A stretch of 64,000 bases of DNA from Octopus sinensis. Its lineage: Eukaryota. Where the stretch lies: positions 88,040,001 through 88,104,000 of the forward strand of contig NC_043006.1 in the NCBI RefSeq assembly GCF_006345805.1. The letters run 5' to 3'. Below are positions 1-13,100 of the stretch, piece after piece. Below the pieces are notes generated by a model that saw only the letters and a program-made list of their open reading frames with translations, did no database searches and was not told the origin of the DNA. The translations under genes and the position numbers were made by a program. Numbering within the stretch: the first letter of the stretch is position 1; each line of letters opens with the position of its first letter.

Positions 1-332
1 ATTGACTCCATTTACCTGGAACTGTTATGTCAGAAGCCATCACCACTTCAGTATTTTTTAAAAAAATAATCTACGAAGCAAGTCTAAGTGTTGCAGATGT
101 TGAATCATAAATGTTTGCTTTCTTGAAGTTTTATTGATCTGATACTTAAAAATTGTTATTTCCTTGGTGTTTCTGTATTTATGCACATAGATTGTTATCT
201 AAAAAAAGTTGAGTCAACATTCTCTTCCAGTTGCTTATCTATTGTTAGGTGGAGAATCAAAATTTATAAGGTTTGCTTTCACAATCTTCCATCTTGACTT
301 CAAGTTTTCTGCTTCTTTTTCCCCCATTTTTG

Positions 333-363
<31 letters not shown>

Positions 364-515
364 AGAATACAGTATTGTGAATGAAAGATTTTCTAACTAA
401 TTTGATGTACAGTCAGAGTAAAAAGTTTCCATGTCCAAGAGAATTAAATAGAAAGGCATTTAATAGGACTTCATGAATATAGGATGAATTTAGATATTAT
501 AAATATTATGAACAT

Positions 516-704
516 TTAACCCTTTAGCATTTCAATTGACTATATCCAGCTCAAATATTCTATCTGTGTCCAAACAAGCCTGATCCTGCTCCTCACACCT
601 ACCATACAATGTTATTATAAATAACTTCATCAAAATTTCAAAGTTCTGAGATAATACATGTTTAATTCAAAACAATGTGAATAAATTAGCATTATATTTG
701 ACAG
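516..704. mobile_element. Partial TTAA-terminated non-autonomous DNA element (MITE-like); right end missing
   Basis: Starts TTAACCCTTTAGCATTT and resembles, from memory, an abundant octopus TTAA-flanked MITE. No matching right terminus; it abuts an RTE fragment. Confidence 0.4.
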
Positions 705-985
705 CAACCATGGAGATTGGTGACATACCATAAAAGAGTGATAGAGAGAGAGAGAGGAGAAATGGAAAGACAAGAAAAGACGTCAACAAGAAACTATGAC
801 ATTACAACCAGCCAGGCAAAGTCTTCGCTACTTTTGCGGCACCTGCCAGAGGGAGTGTTTGTCCACGATAGGACTACACAGCCACAGCAGGAAATGTATT
901 AGGACATGAAATGTAAAAGCCAGACTAGAATATTTTATGTGCAACTCCATTGTCTCCCGAGACAAAAAGGATACCAACCAACCAA
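705..985 (+). mobile_element. RTE-clade LINE 3' fragment (ORF2 C-terminal C2H2-like knuckle)
   Basis: Frame not in the track reads EKWKDKKRRQQE...YFCGTCQRECLSTIGLHSHSRKC, matching the CxxC..R.C.S.IGL.SH.R.C C-terminus of RTE ORF2. Confidence 0.7.
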
Positions 986-3900
986 TATTTGACAGAGTGA
1001 TCTAAATGCCAAAGGCTGAATATTGTAGACTGCAAACTATTTTTGTCAACAGTTAGTTGGTATTACTGCTAGATGTTTTCTGTTTTCTCTCTATCAATGT
1101 TATTGCACATAAGCAATTCTAATTTTATATTGCAATCAGATAAGATATTTATTAACATGGCCACTTATGCATATTGATGCCTGATATTTTGATTGGGGTA
1201 TAATACATGTGGACTTGCTAAAGCATGACACTAACTACACTAGTACTGATCAGGTGTGCTCTGGCATGGGATATGAGGAACAGTGATGGGGTCATCTCAA
1301 GAGCTAAGTTACTTTGTTGGCCACAAATTGAATTGTATAAATGAAACTGACTTGGGACAAAACAAAATGTATTTTGTTGGATTTGTTTTTAATAAAACAT
1401 TATCTCTCAGATCAAGCATTTTGAGCTTATCAACCTAAGTGGTTTCTGTTGCTATGAACAGGTAATCTCAGAATGGAGAAGGGAGCAGCTTGGGTAGTTA
1501 AGATCACACCACTCCCTACATGCTAATCCTGCATGCCAGATTATAGCCGATTAATGCTGGTGTAGCTGGTGTCCTTCCTTAACATGTTGACATATGTTAA
1601 CCTCCTAACACCATGTAAGACATTACAATGCTGAGCTACCATGTTAGCATAATCTTATATGATTACAATATAAAATGAGAAATACTTACAATAATACTCA
1701 GATAGAAACCATATAATAGCAATAAGCAATCAACAGTTAATAAAATAACAAATAATCTATAAATTCAAATATTAGAAAATGCCAACAAATTCAAGTCATA
1801 AAGATAGAAGATGTGAAAGTAATCTCATTCTTTCTTAAACAGATATGCCTTACTTTCTGCATAAGATATTAAATAATTCACTTCCACAATTATTCATACC
1901 AGAATTGCTGCTGGTAGTAATGTAAGGACACTGACATATGCTGACCCATACAATGCTGTAACTCCCACACAAAAGCAATTATACTTCTCATTTAGCAAAT
2001 TTAATTACTAATAAATATCATGTAACATTGTCCTATTTTGTGAGAATACTCATCAACATGAGTTCAAGTCTATGATATGCCAAATTACTGCATGATGATT
2101 CCTTTAAGAGCTATGAATACCTTGTCTTAAACTTTGTTAAGCTTCTTACATTTGATTAAATCTCAGCATTGTAGAACAAGCAATTACTGTCCTTGAATGA
2201 CCAATTTTACTCAGTATACAAGACTATTGATCTATTACTCACTGAAGTTACCTCTACTACCGTACATTACCTCTTTAAAGTCAGGTATACTGCACCACTG
2301 AGGTAATATGTAATACTGCACATTACCTACTTAAGTCTCAACACACTATGTCACTGAAGATTTTGAGTTAAATACCTAAAAAACAAAAATGACAGTATTA
2401 TCAAGGGGCTGTTTGAATTGTACATGGGACAATTTATGTAGTTACTTTTCAATGTAGCCTAAAGTGACTAAGTTCCAAGTTCCTACCAGTTCAATTCATT
2501 CTATGTTTGTATGAAATGATCCATATATGTATATTTTGACCCTGATAGATGCAATTTCAAACCAAGCTATCTGCTGATCTGAGCTAGCTAACGATCATTC
2601 CTAATTTTAGCAGAGCAGCTTACATTTAATAAGTGATTCCATCAATCACAATTCTTCATTTGGGTAAAAAAAATATTCTAATTTTTATTTTATAGCCATT
2701 TTTTCTATAGTTTTTCTGCCTTACAATGGTTCTCTGAAACTGAAATATTAAAAATATTAATTGCAACATTTCCAATCTGATAATGCTTCTAATTATGTTA
2801 CAATAAAAATTTATCCAATTTACACAACCCACTATGTTTAATTTACAATTAAAAAAAGGGAAATTTGAACATAACAACTAACTGTCGACTATTTCTTTAC
2901 CAAAGTATTTTTTTATCCAATGGACAGATAGACTGATCAACTGCCTTTCCCAAACACTCCTGACGACTAACTGACCGATCAACCAACCAATCAGACCCAA
3001 CTGATTGACCAGCAAAGCAATTAACTGACTGAAACTACATCTAACAGAGGGTCTATGTATATATGTGTGTATGAATGTATGCAAGAATACATGTATGAAT
3101 GTATGCTATTATTCAGTTTTAGTTCAAGATTTCTTGCCAACAGAGAAAAGATTGATCTCTAACCTAGATTCAGGACTTATTCATTGGAATTTCAAATAAC
3201 ATCAATGAGATATTTTTTGGTGTATGTGTATATGTGCTGTATTTAGAGTCAGTGCATGTGTAGGTTTGTATGTTTGGTTTTATGTATGTATTCTCATGCA
3301 AATAGTTGCATGTCTAGACATGTGCATATATACTTAAATGATAAACTTCTGGAAAGTTTTACAGATTTTTACAGTTCCAGTGATGGTCTTCAAATCAGCT
3401 TTCTCCTTTCTGGTTTTGAGAAGCATAATTTCTCAAGATATTGGTAATTGGGTAATGTGATGTATGTATGTATGTATGTATGCATACATGTATGTAAATA
3501 TGTATGTATGCATGTAAATACTCAAAGGGAAACCTAGTAGACAGACACTGTTGAGTTCAGATAGTCATGTAAAAGTGTGTGTGTTTGCATATGTATACAA
3601 GTGTGTATGTGGGGTGGGGGGCTGAATAGTTTGTTTAAAAATTTGATGTAACCTAGCTACTGCTGAAAAATAAATACATAAAAAGAGACAAAAAAAAAAT
3701 AAAGAAGACAACAGAAGAAGGTATTGCCTAAAGTTATCTATTGGTGATCAATGAAGACAATGACATCAACATATGGCACCTCAGCAGGTGACGCATCCAT
3801 ATAAGGGTCCAAAGAATCACATCTACTCCCATATATACTTCTGTGTGCTTGAAGCTACAGAAGCAACAGTATTTCATTATTGAAAATGTATGACACACCC

Positions 3901-4265
3901 TACACTGCTACCATGGAAGGTCTACTAACTGTGACTCAAAAATTTCCAGCCATCAATAATCAGTATAGAGCACAACTGACTACACTACATAAACAAGTTG
4001 CAGTCACATGTGGTGGTGGTGGTGGTGGTGGATCACATATTAGATCAAATAATCAGTATATCAAACTGTTCATCCCTTTACAACCAGAATATCTCCCCTT
4101 AAAAGGTTTTGGAAAATAAAAACCAGACAAGATACTTTTTGAAGACAGTGCCCTAGCATATGACTGAAACTAGCAGGTTTGTGTGCATTTGTATGTAAAC
4201 ATACATGCATATATATATATATATATATATGTAGAAGGTAGAAAAGTAACACATGTGCTGATATG

Positions 4266-5325
4266 TATAAGGAAAACAAGACAAGATAGAAAATGCTAAA
4301 ATAATTTTTGTACCGGTTTCTGACTTTTAGACTTTTTTCAACTAAGCGTAAAATAAGAAAAAAAAGTAAGTGAAATGTTTTGTAGATATTTTCATAGTCT
4401 TTAAATAGGTAAATATATCCAGAGTCTTCAGATAGTCTCTCTCTCTCTCTCTATTCCTTTGTGAATGCCTTGTAGGTGGGTAGTAGTAAATCTGAAGGAA
4501 TAGTTTGGATACAGAGAATTGATGGTTTAAGTAGGAGCAACCAAGGGAGATGAAGGAGGAAGAGAAGTAGGGGTAGGGAAAGAAGAGGGAGAAGGAGAAA
4601 GAAAGGAAAAATACAGGAGTGCTTTGACACAGTAAATTGTTCAGGGAATCTTCTTTAATTGTCAAATGACCTAAAAGTGACCTGTTGTGGTCATAGCAGT
4701 AGTGGTTGGAATTGTTCTAAACTCTTGTAGTAGTTTCATCTGTAGTGGTGGTGGTGATGGCATTCAAAATAGGTTTATATTTTGTGATAAAATATGCTTC
4801 CTTGCTAATGTGCTGAGTATAGGTTGCTTTGCCCTGAATTTATAGAGGTTACTTTTAGGTCATTTGACCATTAAAGAATATTCCACAATATTTATTGTCA
4901 CAGCACTTTTGTATTTTTCTTTTTTTATTTCTCCTTCTCCCTCTTCTTACTCTACCCCTACTTCTCTTCCTCCTTCATCTTCTTCTCCTCCTTTTTTCTT
5001 TTTTTTTTCCTTCTCCTCCCTCAGCTGCTCCTGTTTAAACCATCAATTCTCTGTACCCAAACTATTCCTTCAGATTTACTACTACCCACCTACAAGGCAT
5101 TCACAAAGAAATAGAGAGAGGGATAGACTATCTGAAGACTATGGAAATATTTACCTATTTAAAGACTATGGAAATATCTACAAAATATTCACATTTTTTC
5201 TTCATTTCAATTGTTTTCTTATTTTACTCTTAGTTAAAAAAGTTTAAAAGATGGAAACTAGTACTAAAATGTACTTCATGACAAAATTATTTTAACATTT
5301 TCTACTTTGTCTCATTTTCCTTATA
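4266..5325. mobile_element. Foldback / long-TIR element: ~420-480 bp inverted arms around a ~160 bp spacer
   Basis: 4266-4684 is the reverse complement of 4846-5325. Track ORFs 4342..4665(-) and 4864..5247(+) share LNHQFSV.KLFLQIYYYPPTRHSQRNRER. Termini TATAAGG...CCTTATA. Confidence 0.8.
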
Positions 5326-5811
5326 TATATATATATACATTTTATTAAAGCTGCAAAATTATCATAGAACTGTTGCTCAGAGTTTCACTTTCCTATTCAT
5401 TGGACAGTTGTGATGAAAACTGAATTAAGATTGTTCAGGTACATATAATATAATGTGATATTATTCAAATACGTGAATGAGCATTCAAATATAAAACACT
5501 TACTTGTGTGTTAGAGAAAGTTTTTGAATTTATACAGTGATGTATACATTAATATAAATATTATGATGAGACCGAAAATCCTTGCATAAAAGGAAAAGGG
5601 TAACAATGACTTCAAATTTTGGCTTGCTCGCCTTCATATGACTGTACTCTAAGTACTCTGCTAAAAACTATTGGGCAATCCTTGAGTTTATTATGAAATT
5701 CTTTTTACATGTAACATGATATCACTAGGTTTCTGTAGTGAAGCTATGAAACACAGTGGGCCAAATCCAACTGCTTTTAAATAATAATATATGCAATTTC
5801 TGTAATGTGGA

Positions 5812-6017
5812 AAGCTGGCAGAATTGTTAGCATGCTGGGTGAAATACATAGTGGCATTTCATCTATCTTTGCATTTTACATTCAAGTTTTACTAAGGTCA
5901 ATTTTGCATTTCATCCTTTTAGGATCGATAAAATAAGTATCAGTCAAGTACTGGGATCAATGTAATCAACTTAGCTTCTCCCCCAATATTGCTGGCCTTG
6001 TGCTAAAATTTGAAACC
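5812..6017 (+). mobile_element. tRNA-derived SINE, family A (central TTTCATCCTTT.GGG.TCGATAAA.TAAGTACC domain), diverged
   Basis: Colinear with the near-consensus copies at 37490-37730 and 41464-41702. Confidence 0.7.
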
Positions 6018-6460
6018 AGTATATTTGGCTCCTACCAAATGTGCTTCTTTCTTTCATTTGTCCACTTATTGATATGTGTGTGTGTGTGTGTGTATGAGAG
6101 AGAGAGAGACTAAAAATAAAGAAAATAATTCATGTCATTTTCATACCAATAGCACCACGTGACCTGACTTGGTCAATAGAGGTCTAACATCTGGAAATCA
6201 TGTTGAATTTGTCTCATATCCCTTTACTCTTCTGGAGGTTAATTCTATGAGTTTATGAAACTAAGTTGCATGGACCTGAGTTAAACTTTTATCAAATATA
6301 TATATATATATATATAAAATGCACAATATATGGATTTATTTCATCTGATGGTAATCCTTTAGTGGACTATACTACAAATCACATAGTAAAATAATACATA
6401 AGAGTGTAATGTAGAGTCCTATCCAGTAAATCCAATCAGTGGTAACTATTTCCTGAGGAG

Positions 6461-6578
6461 TATATAGAATATAAAGAAAGTCAGGAGGTATTAGATAAAT
6501 ATATTTATCCTATAGATATCAACTGATGAAATAAATATATTCATCTCATACTTCCCGACTTTCTTTATATTCTATATA
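6461..6578. repeat. 118-bp palindrome (48-bp arms, 44/48 match, 22-nt loop); mini-MITE-like
   Basis: 6461-6508 versus reverse complement of 6531-6578 shows 4 mismatches; ends are TA-rich. Confidence 0.75.
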
Positions 6579-6904
6579 TACATATATACACACACTCACA
6601 CTTATACAGAGACACACACTTACAGAGTAAGGCAATACATGATGGCTGTGCATTTAAATTGCTGAACTATTAACCAAGTGTTTATGTCTTCATATGTTAC
6701 CATGCCTGATATTATGTTGCACTGTTGAATGAGGCATATAACTTTCTTTGTCATTGTTTGCAAAAAGAATAGATGAGTCATTAAACAACGGGAATTGATG
6801 AGCTGTGACAAGAGTATGCAAATGTACAAATGTGTAAAAATCATTCCATTCCCAGAAGCAAAGTAAAAGAACATGGCTGTAAAAACAAGTGCATTAATAC
6901 TTGA

Positions 6905-7110
6905 TATATACACACACACACACACAAAAATACAGGCATACATACACACAAGCACACACACACACATACATACATACACACTTACATACATATGTATGTA
7001 TGTACATGCATACATATATACATGCCTGTATGCATACATGCAAGCATACATACATACATACGTACAGACATACATACATATAGACATACATACTTAAATG
7101 CATGCATACA
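6905..7110. repeat. Compound (CA)n/(CATA)n microsatellite
   Basis: Direct reading; explains the overlapping low-complexity ORFs. Confidence 0.9.
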
Positions 7111-7879
7111 TATTGACCTCTCTCTTTCTTCTTGAAAATTGAGATTGAAATGAAAAACTTTTGTTAACATTGGAATTTGCCAACTAACATTAAATTGAAA
7201 ACTGGGAACACTGTTGAAGTGTTTTACCTCACTTTCGTTGTTAATAAACATAAGAAAGGCTTGAACATCACAGCTTATTACTGTTCCCTATTCATTTTCA
7301 TGTCTATACATGAAATCTCTAGTTGGAAGCTATTAACAATTTTCTGTGCAAGAAATTCCTCAATCATTTGAAATTCATGTTATTCTTTTGTTTCTTTACA
7401 TCTTGGAGGCCTTCATTGACCATTCATCTGCATATGCAAGTACAGATCAATACATATGAAAACATCTAGATGTACACACACACACACACACACATGTTGG
7501 TTTCAATAATTGGATCATTATACGTTGAGGCACTTCCTTCAAAAGATCATTTGAGAAAGATTGACAATTGTCCATGCATGCAAGTTTACCCCGTGGATGG
7601 CCACCATTATTCTTTAATAACACATGAAGCGGGGTTAATATGGGATATTTTATCATTTTTAGCAGGTTTCTTGTGATACATTTATAGTAAATAAATATTT
7701 TGCATGAGAGAGAAAGAAGCCCCCACACCACCAAATAGCATGTTTCAATAGCATGCCTTAGCCTTTTATGACTTGCACCTGTATGACTTGGTACAATGTT
7801 ACAGTGTTATCACAGTTATTGCAGTCAGTACACAGAGAGTCAGTTCAAATATTCTAAGGCATCTTGCCTGACCTTCTAA

Positions 7880-8232
7880 CAGTTCTGCCAATCCTGAGAC
7901 TCCCTTTGGTCATGACTGGCCGTGGGATTGCACCTAGACAGTTACCCTCCCAGGTACAAGTCTGGGCAAGGTTGTTTATGGAAGACCAGCAGTAGCCCAT
8001 GCATACCAGCCTCCCCTTTCCACACCACCAGTGTTAACCAAGGGAAGCACAATGACCAATACACCTTGGCACCTGTGATGTTGCAACTCCTTTCTACAGC
8101 TGAGTGAACTGGAGCAACATGAAATAAAGTGTCTTGCTCAAGAACACAACACGCAGCCCAGTCCGGGATTCTAACTCACAACCTCACGACCGTAAGCTTG
8201 ACGTCCTAACTACTGGGCCATGTGCCTTCACC
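7880..8232 (-). mobile_element. tRNA-derived SINE (distinct family)
   Basis: The minus strand begins with a tRNA-like head (A/B-box-like, 8160-8232), followed by a conserved-looking body (CTGAGTGAACTGGAGCAAC..GAAATAAAGTGTCTTGCTCAAG on +). Confidence 0.6.
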
Positions 8233-8411
8233 ACCCCAAATTTGATATGTTTTTAAACTTTTTTATCAGTTCAAAAGTATGGAAGACAAAATAAGCCTTG
8301 GTGCGATTCGAAGTCAGAATGCAGAATGTTAGAACAAATACAAGGCATTCTATACAACACTCTCATAATTTTGACAATTTGCCACTTTTATGCTTTTTGG
8401 TTAGTAAAGTT

Positions 8412-8607
8412 AACGGGAAGCTTTATGAAAATAAACAAAAGACGAAGGCAGGTGGAAAACAAACGAACAATTGTATTAGTATGGCGCTCAGGAAATATAA
8501 ATAAAACAAGTCTTTAACGTTTCGAGCCTACGCTCTTCAACAGAAAGATACACAGAGAGAGAAAAACACAGAAAGAAGGAGAGAAAAAAAATGCGTGCAG
8601 TAGCTAA
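8412..8607 (-). mobile_element. Solo 3' terminus of the Penelope-like element (tail family 2)
   Basis: About 195 bp, highly similar to 14934-15140 (the PLE 3' end) and to 53176-53430. Confidence 0.75.
8511..8548 (-). ncRNA. Minimal hammerhead-like motif, atypical core CUGUUGA
   Basis: Minus strand: UCUUU-CUGUUGA-A-GAGC(GUAG)GCUC-GAAAC-GUU-AAAGA. Stem I 5 bp, stem II 4 bp, palindromic ACGU stem III. Confidence 0.5.
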
Positions 8608-9039
8608 CGAATCAACAGCTAGGGGCTGCATTGCTGACATGCTAGTATATGAAAATAAAGAGTCTCAATTCATCTATTACTCAATGATAGTGCACTCTGT
8701 TTAGGGAAAATTTGCCCTTTGAAATACTAAGAAGGTATCAAGGAATAAGTAGCCTCTTTAGTAACATATGAAGAGGGGGGTAATATGAGATATTTTGTCA
8801 TTTTTAGCACGTTTCTTGTGTTGTCTTATCAAAGGTAAACTAGTAATATTTTGCATAAGAGAGAAAGAACCCCCACTCTTTCTGTCATGTTTCAATAGCA
8901 TGCTTTAGCTTTTGTGATACATTTATAGTAAATAAGTAGGCAAAAAAGAATTCTTTGAATTTTTTTTAAAGTATTAATTTTAGAATGAGAAATAATGTTC
9001 AATAGAAAAATGCTATTATTGCATTTTATAATTATATTA

Positions 9040-9255
9040 AGGCAGCAGATTGGCAGATGAATGCAATGAATGGTGAATTGGCAGAAGAACGTTATGAATC
9101 AGCAAGTGATTGTAGTGAACCTGCAAAATCAGTCGAGCATTAGACAAAATAGCTTTCAAGATTTATCATGGCTCTTTACATTCTGAATTGAAATCCCACC
9201 CAGACCAACTTTGCCTTTCATCGCTCAGTGGCTGATAAATTAAAGCACCAGTACA
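9040..9255 (+). mobile_element. Degenerate family A SINE
   Basis: ACATTCTGAATTGAAATCCCACC..AACTTTGCCTTTCATC..GATAAATTAAAGCACCAGT. Confidence 0.5.
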
Positions 9256-9893
9256 GAGTAGTAGACTGGCAGAGTTGTTAATGTATTAAACAAAATGCTT
9301 TGCATATTTGTTCCAGCTCTTTACATTCTGTGTGCTCAGGCAGTTGTGACAGCCTTGTCTGTATCTAGCCAGCAAGCTGGTGTCTCGTAAAAATATCCAA
9401 AGAAGTAACAGGAAACCATCTTTGTATTCTCCCATGAGAATTCCATGTCAATCATAGAACACTTGTCAAGGAAGTCACCAGGGGTCGTTTGTTGAGTTGG
9501 TAGTGTAGAAAGGAGAGGAAATTACAGTTAATCCTGAGATTGGAAGAAATAATGGTACCAGAATATTTATTTACTGTTGTTAAGACACACATACACACAG
9601 GTACATACACACAGATACACATATATGCACACAAACATACATATGCACACATACATATTTACATACATGCATTTAATTCAGTTCAATTTAATATAATTTA
9701 TTGTCATTAGTGTTTGCAAATTAGAATAATCTTTATGCCATGAAGAGAGACAAACTTTATTTACTGAAGTTTGATAATGCAGGCTCTCACTAGATTCTAA
9801 GGAATTGGTTCTATTTCCATTTACTATGGTTATACTTTATGTTGACAAATTACATATATGCGGTTAAAATATCTATATATTGTGACTACACAA

Positions 9894-11118
9894 TATATCA
9901 GGTTGAGTAAAAAGTAAGCAATGGTTTGAACCATGAAAAGTTTGTACTGACTTTTGCAGAGTTTTGAATTTTTTAAATATTTTTTGAAATTGTCTGATAA
10001 TACAGACATAGACTTGCCCAAATGTATCAATAAATTAACATTGATATTTTTTTCCCCCATTGTTACAATCACCTGAAATGAAACTGCCAAAGCATGATAT
10101 TTGAGCAATTTTGCTGTTCAACTTGAAAAGAAGGGATGTAGAGCAGCTGAAACTGCTTGCAATATACAAGAAACACTTGGTGAGGAAATTATTAGTGAGT
10201 GTTCAGCTCGTAAATGGTTTAAACAATTTTGTAGTGGAGACCTGAGCCTTGAAGATTGTGAGCATACTGGACGCCCATCAGTCATTGATGATAATCAATT
10301 AAAGACAGACATTGAGAAAGATCCATGTAAAACTACTTGAGAACTGGCAAAAGAACTTCAAGTTAGTCAGAAAACTACCTGCAACTATTTGCATGCAATC
10401 AGAAAATCAAAAAAGCTTGACAAACGGGTACTACACAATTTGAATGAAAATCAGAAAATGCGCAGACATGAAATTTGCTTGTCCCTTCTTCTGATCCAGA
10501 CTGATCCATTTCTCAACTTATAGTAACTTGCGATGAAAAGTGGATTCTGTACAATAATAGAAAAATGTTCTTCACAGTGGTTGGACCAAAATGAAGCACT
10601 GAGAACCTTCGACTCATCCACTATAACTTCTTAAAACCCAGAAAAGCCATTACTGCAGAAACATATTGCCATGAAATTGCCAAAATGAATGAAAAACTGC
10701 TACTCCATCCCTGACTGGTCAACAGAAGGGGGTCGGTCATTCTTCATGACAATGCTCAATCGCATGCTTCACTAATGATGCTCCAAAAGTTGAGGGAACT
10801 TGGCTATGAAGTTTTTCTCCACGCAGCTTATTCCCCAGACCTTTCTCTGATTGACTACCACTTTTTCAAGCACCTTGATGGTTTCCTGTGAGAGAAGGAG
10901 TTCAAAAATCAAACCAATGCTGAAACTAAGTTCAAAGATTTCATCAGCTCCAGAACTCCAGATTTTTATGTTACTAGAATAAACAAATTTGTAACTCATT
11001 AGCAAAAATGTGTTGATTGTAATGGTACTTTGATGAATAAAATTTCCACATTGTTTAAATATATTGTGATGAATTTTCTGTTTCAAAACATTGCTTACTT
11101 TTTACTCAGCTTGATATA
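9894..11118 (+). mobile_element. Mariner transposon, near full length, inactive (D,D34D transposase pseudogene)
   Basis: 38-bp terminal inverted repeats including flanking TA, 34/38 match (9894-9931 and 11081-11118). HTH in ORF 10101..10340; IVTCDEKW, LHDNA, and YSPDLSLID with 34 residues between D2 and D3. Stops and an internal deletion. Confidence 0.95.
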
Positions 11119-11799
11119 ATGGAATTGATCATAGGTTCAAACTTTACTGTTGTGTTGTGCCTTTGATTAAGGTACCTAATTAAGCTTATTTCATCTTGTC
11201 TGACTGAACAGAAAACAGGTTTAACTCTTACTTTACAGCTGACTGGGTACTGATAGAAAAAAATCTGTCTTTAAAAATACATCCTTTAAACCACAGAAGA
11301 ATGGCACAGGAGATATAAGATATAAAAATATTTTTAAAAATATAAGATTCAAAGCTGTTAAGAAGCAAATAATAGTTTTGTTCTATCTACATGGCTACTA
11401 CCACTTTAGCCTGTTTATGTGATCCATCATAATTTGGCTCATATACAAGACTTCAATAACTATTGAGAATGTAATTTTATTAAAGAAGGAAACTTTTTGG
11501 GGTTTTTGTTATTTTTGTGCTTGAGTTCTAATTTCAGTCCAAGCCAATGAGTAATAAAATTCTCTCTAAATTTGGCTGGAATCCATATAACAGTAACTTT
11601 CTACCTCTAGTGTGATGGAGACAGATATTAAAGAAAAAAATAAAGATGAAATTGCAAGGAAATAACGAAATGTAAATGAGTAATAATTCATTCAATTCCT
11701 GCTTGTATGGAATGGTAATATAGAGTTGGGTTGGTGGGAATGGAATTGAAATTTATTTGGGAAAATATAAAGAGCTAAGAATTAATATTCAAAAATATT

Positions 11800-13100
11800 T
11801 TGTCCCATGCAAAAAGTAATAGAAATAACAGAAATGGAAATAAAAATATAAACAAAAGTGAAAACTACAACTAAAAAACATGCCTAGCAGAAAAAAAAAT
11901 GACAAAAGCAAAGACAAAGAAATTGAAAGAAAATTTTTTAAATCAGTGAAATTCAACAGTTAAAATAGTGTTTAAAATCAAAGAATTAAGAAAAAGATAG
12001 CAAAAAAGAGAAAGAAGAAACTGAAGAGTAAAAAGAAAGAAAACAGAAAGATGTGTGAACTGAAAGTATGAAAAATAAGAGAGGAAACTGTAGAGGATAA
12101 AGAAAAATCAATGGAAAAAATGGTTTACGAAGAAAAAACATAGATAAGAAGAAAAAGCATTGGAATAAAAAGCGAACAGCAATATTAACAATAACAACAG
12201 CAACCGTAGTAAAGACAACGTAAAAGATGAACCGGAAGAACAAGATGAGAAAATTATAGAAATTAATCCGTGGGAATTTAATTGCAGCATTTAGGACAGG
12301 AAATGAAGAAGAGAGCCAGTGATGAAGGCAGAAGGCAGGTGGGACTGAGAAGGAGGAGTGAATATGGCAGAATGAAATAAACAAAGTGAAGCAGGAAGGT
12401 GTTGGTGGGGAGAGGTGAGGTGAGAAGTGGGGTAACGATTGTAACAAATGGTAAATAAACAAATAATGAAACCTCCCTGAAGGGATGTATGGAAATTGTG
12501 AATATGATGTAGGAAGTGGTGCAATATGGAAGATGATGATTATAAAATGTTAGTGGTGGTGATTGTGTTGGTGTTGATGGTGGGAGTTGAAGTAATGGTA
12601 GTTGTGGTGATAACATAGCTTGTATTGATGGCATTGGTGATGGTGAAGATAGGATTTGAAATGGTGGCAGTGGCAGCAGTGGTGGTTGTTGCAGCGATGG
12701 TTGTAGTTGTGTTTAGTGGTTGTGATGATCAGAAGTATATGAAAGATCTTGGGGGAAAAATATACAAAAACATAGTATTGGTGATAATTTCAATAATGGT
12801 AGTGATGATGTGGTGGCTGTATGGGTGACAGCAGTCATGAATTGTGGAGATGACAGTAGTGGTAGTGGTGGTGGTGGTGGTTGCAGCAATGGTTGCAGCA
12901 GTAGCGGAAGAGGTGATGGTATTGGTTAAAAGGTAGTGAATTTGCTAAAGAGGAGTAGCGAGCAAAGGAGGTGAAAAAGCAGAGCAGGAATGTTTGAGAT
13001 GCAAGGTTTGGAATACATGCAGTTCATTATATTTTGGTCAATTTTTTTCTTTTGGTGGTGGTGGTGGGGGGAAGAGGTGGGTGTAGCTGATATTTAGATG
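11800..13100. repeat. Low-complexity purine-rich and (GGT)n/(GAT)n-rich tract
   Basis: Direct reading; ORFs here are compositional artefacts. Confidence 0.6.

Noticed and set aside
1-330. Degraded LINE RT-like words on the minus strand (NIYDSTSATLRL, KNTEVVM); similar faint traces at 13780-14085, 26450-26800, 27790-28000 and 35270-35520
   Set aside because: Multiple stops and only vague motif resemblance; cannot be assigned without a profile search.
1900-1955. Candidate 56-nt minus-strand exon (LYGSAYVSVLTLLPAAIL, GTATGA donor)
   Set aside because: Short, weak acceptor, no recognisable homology; expected by chance in 64 kb.
8160-8232. tRNA-like sequences here and at SINE heads (e.g. 53445-53520, 56584-56640)
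   Set aside because: No complete cloverleaf; they are SINE 5' heads continuous with SINE bodies.
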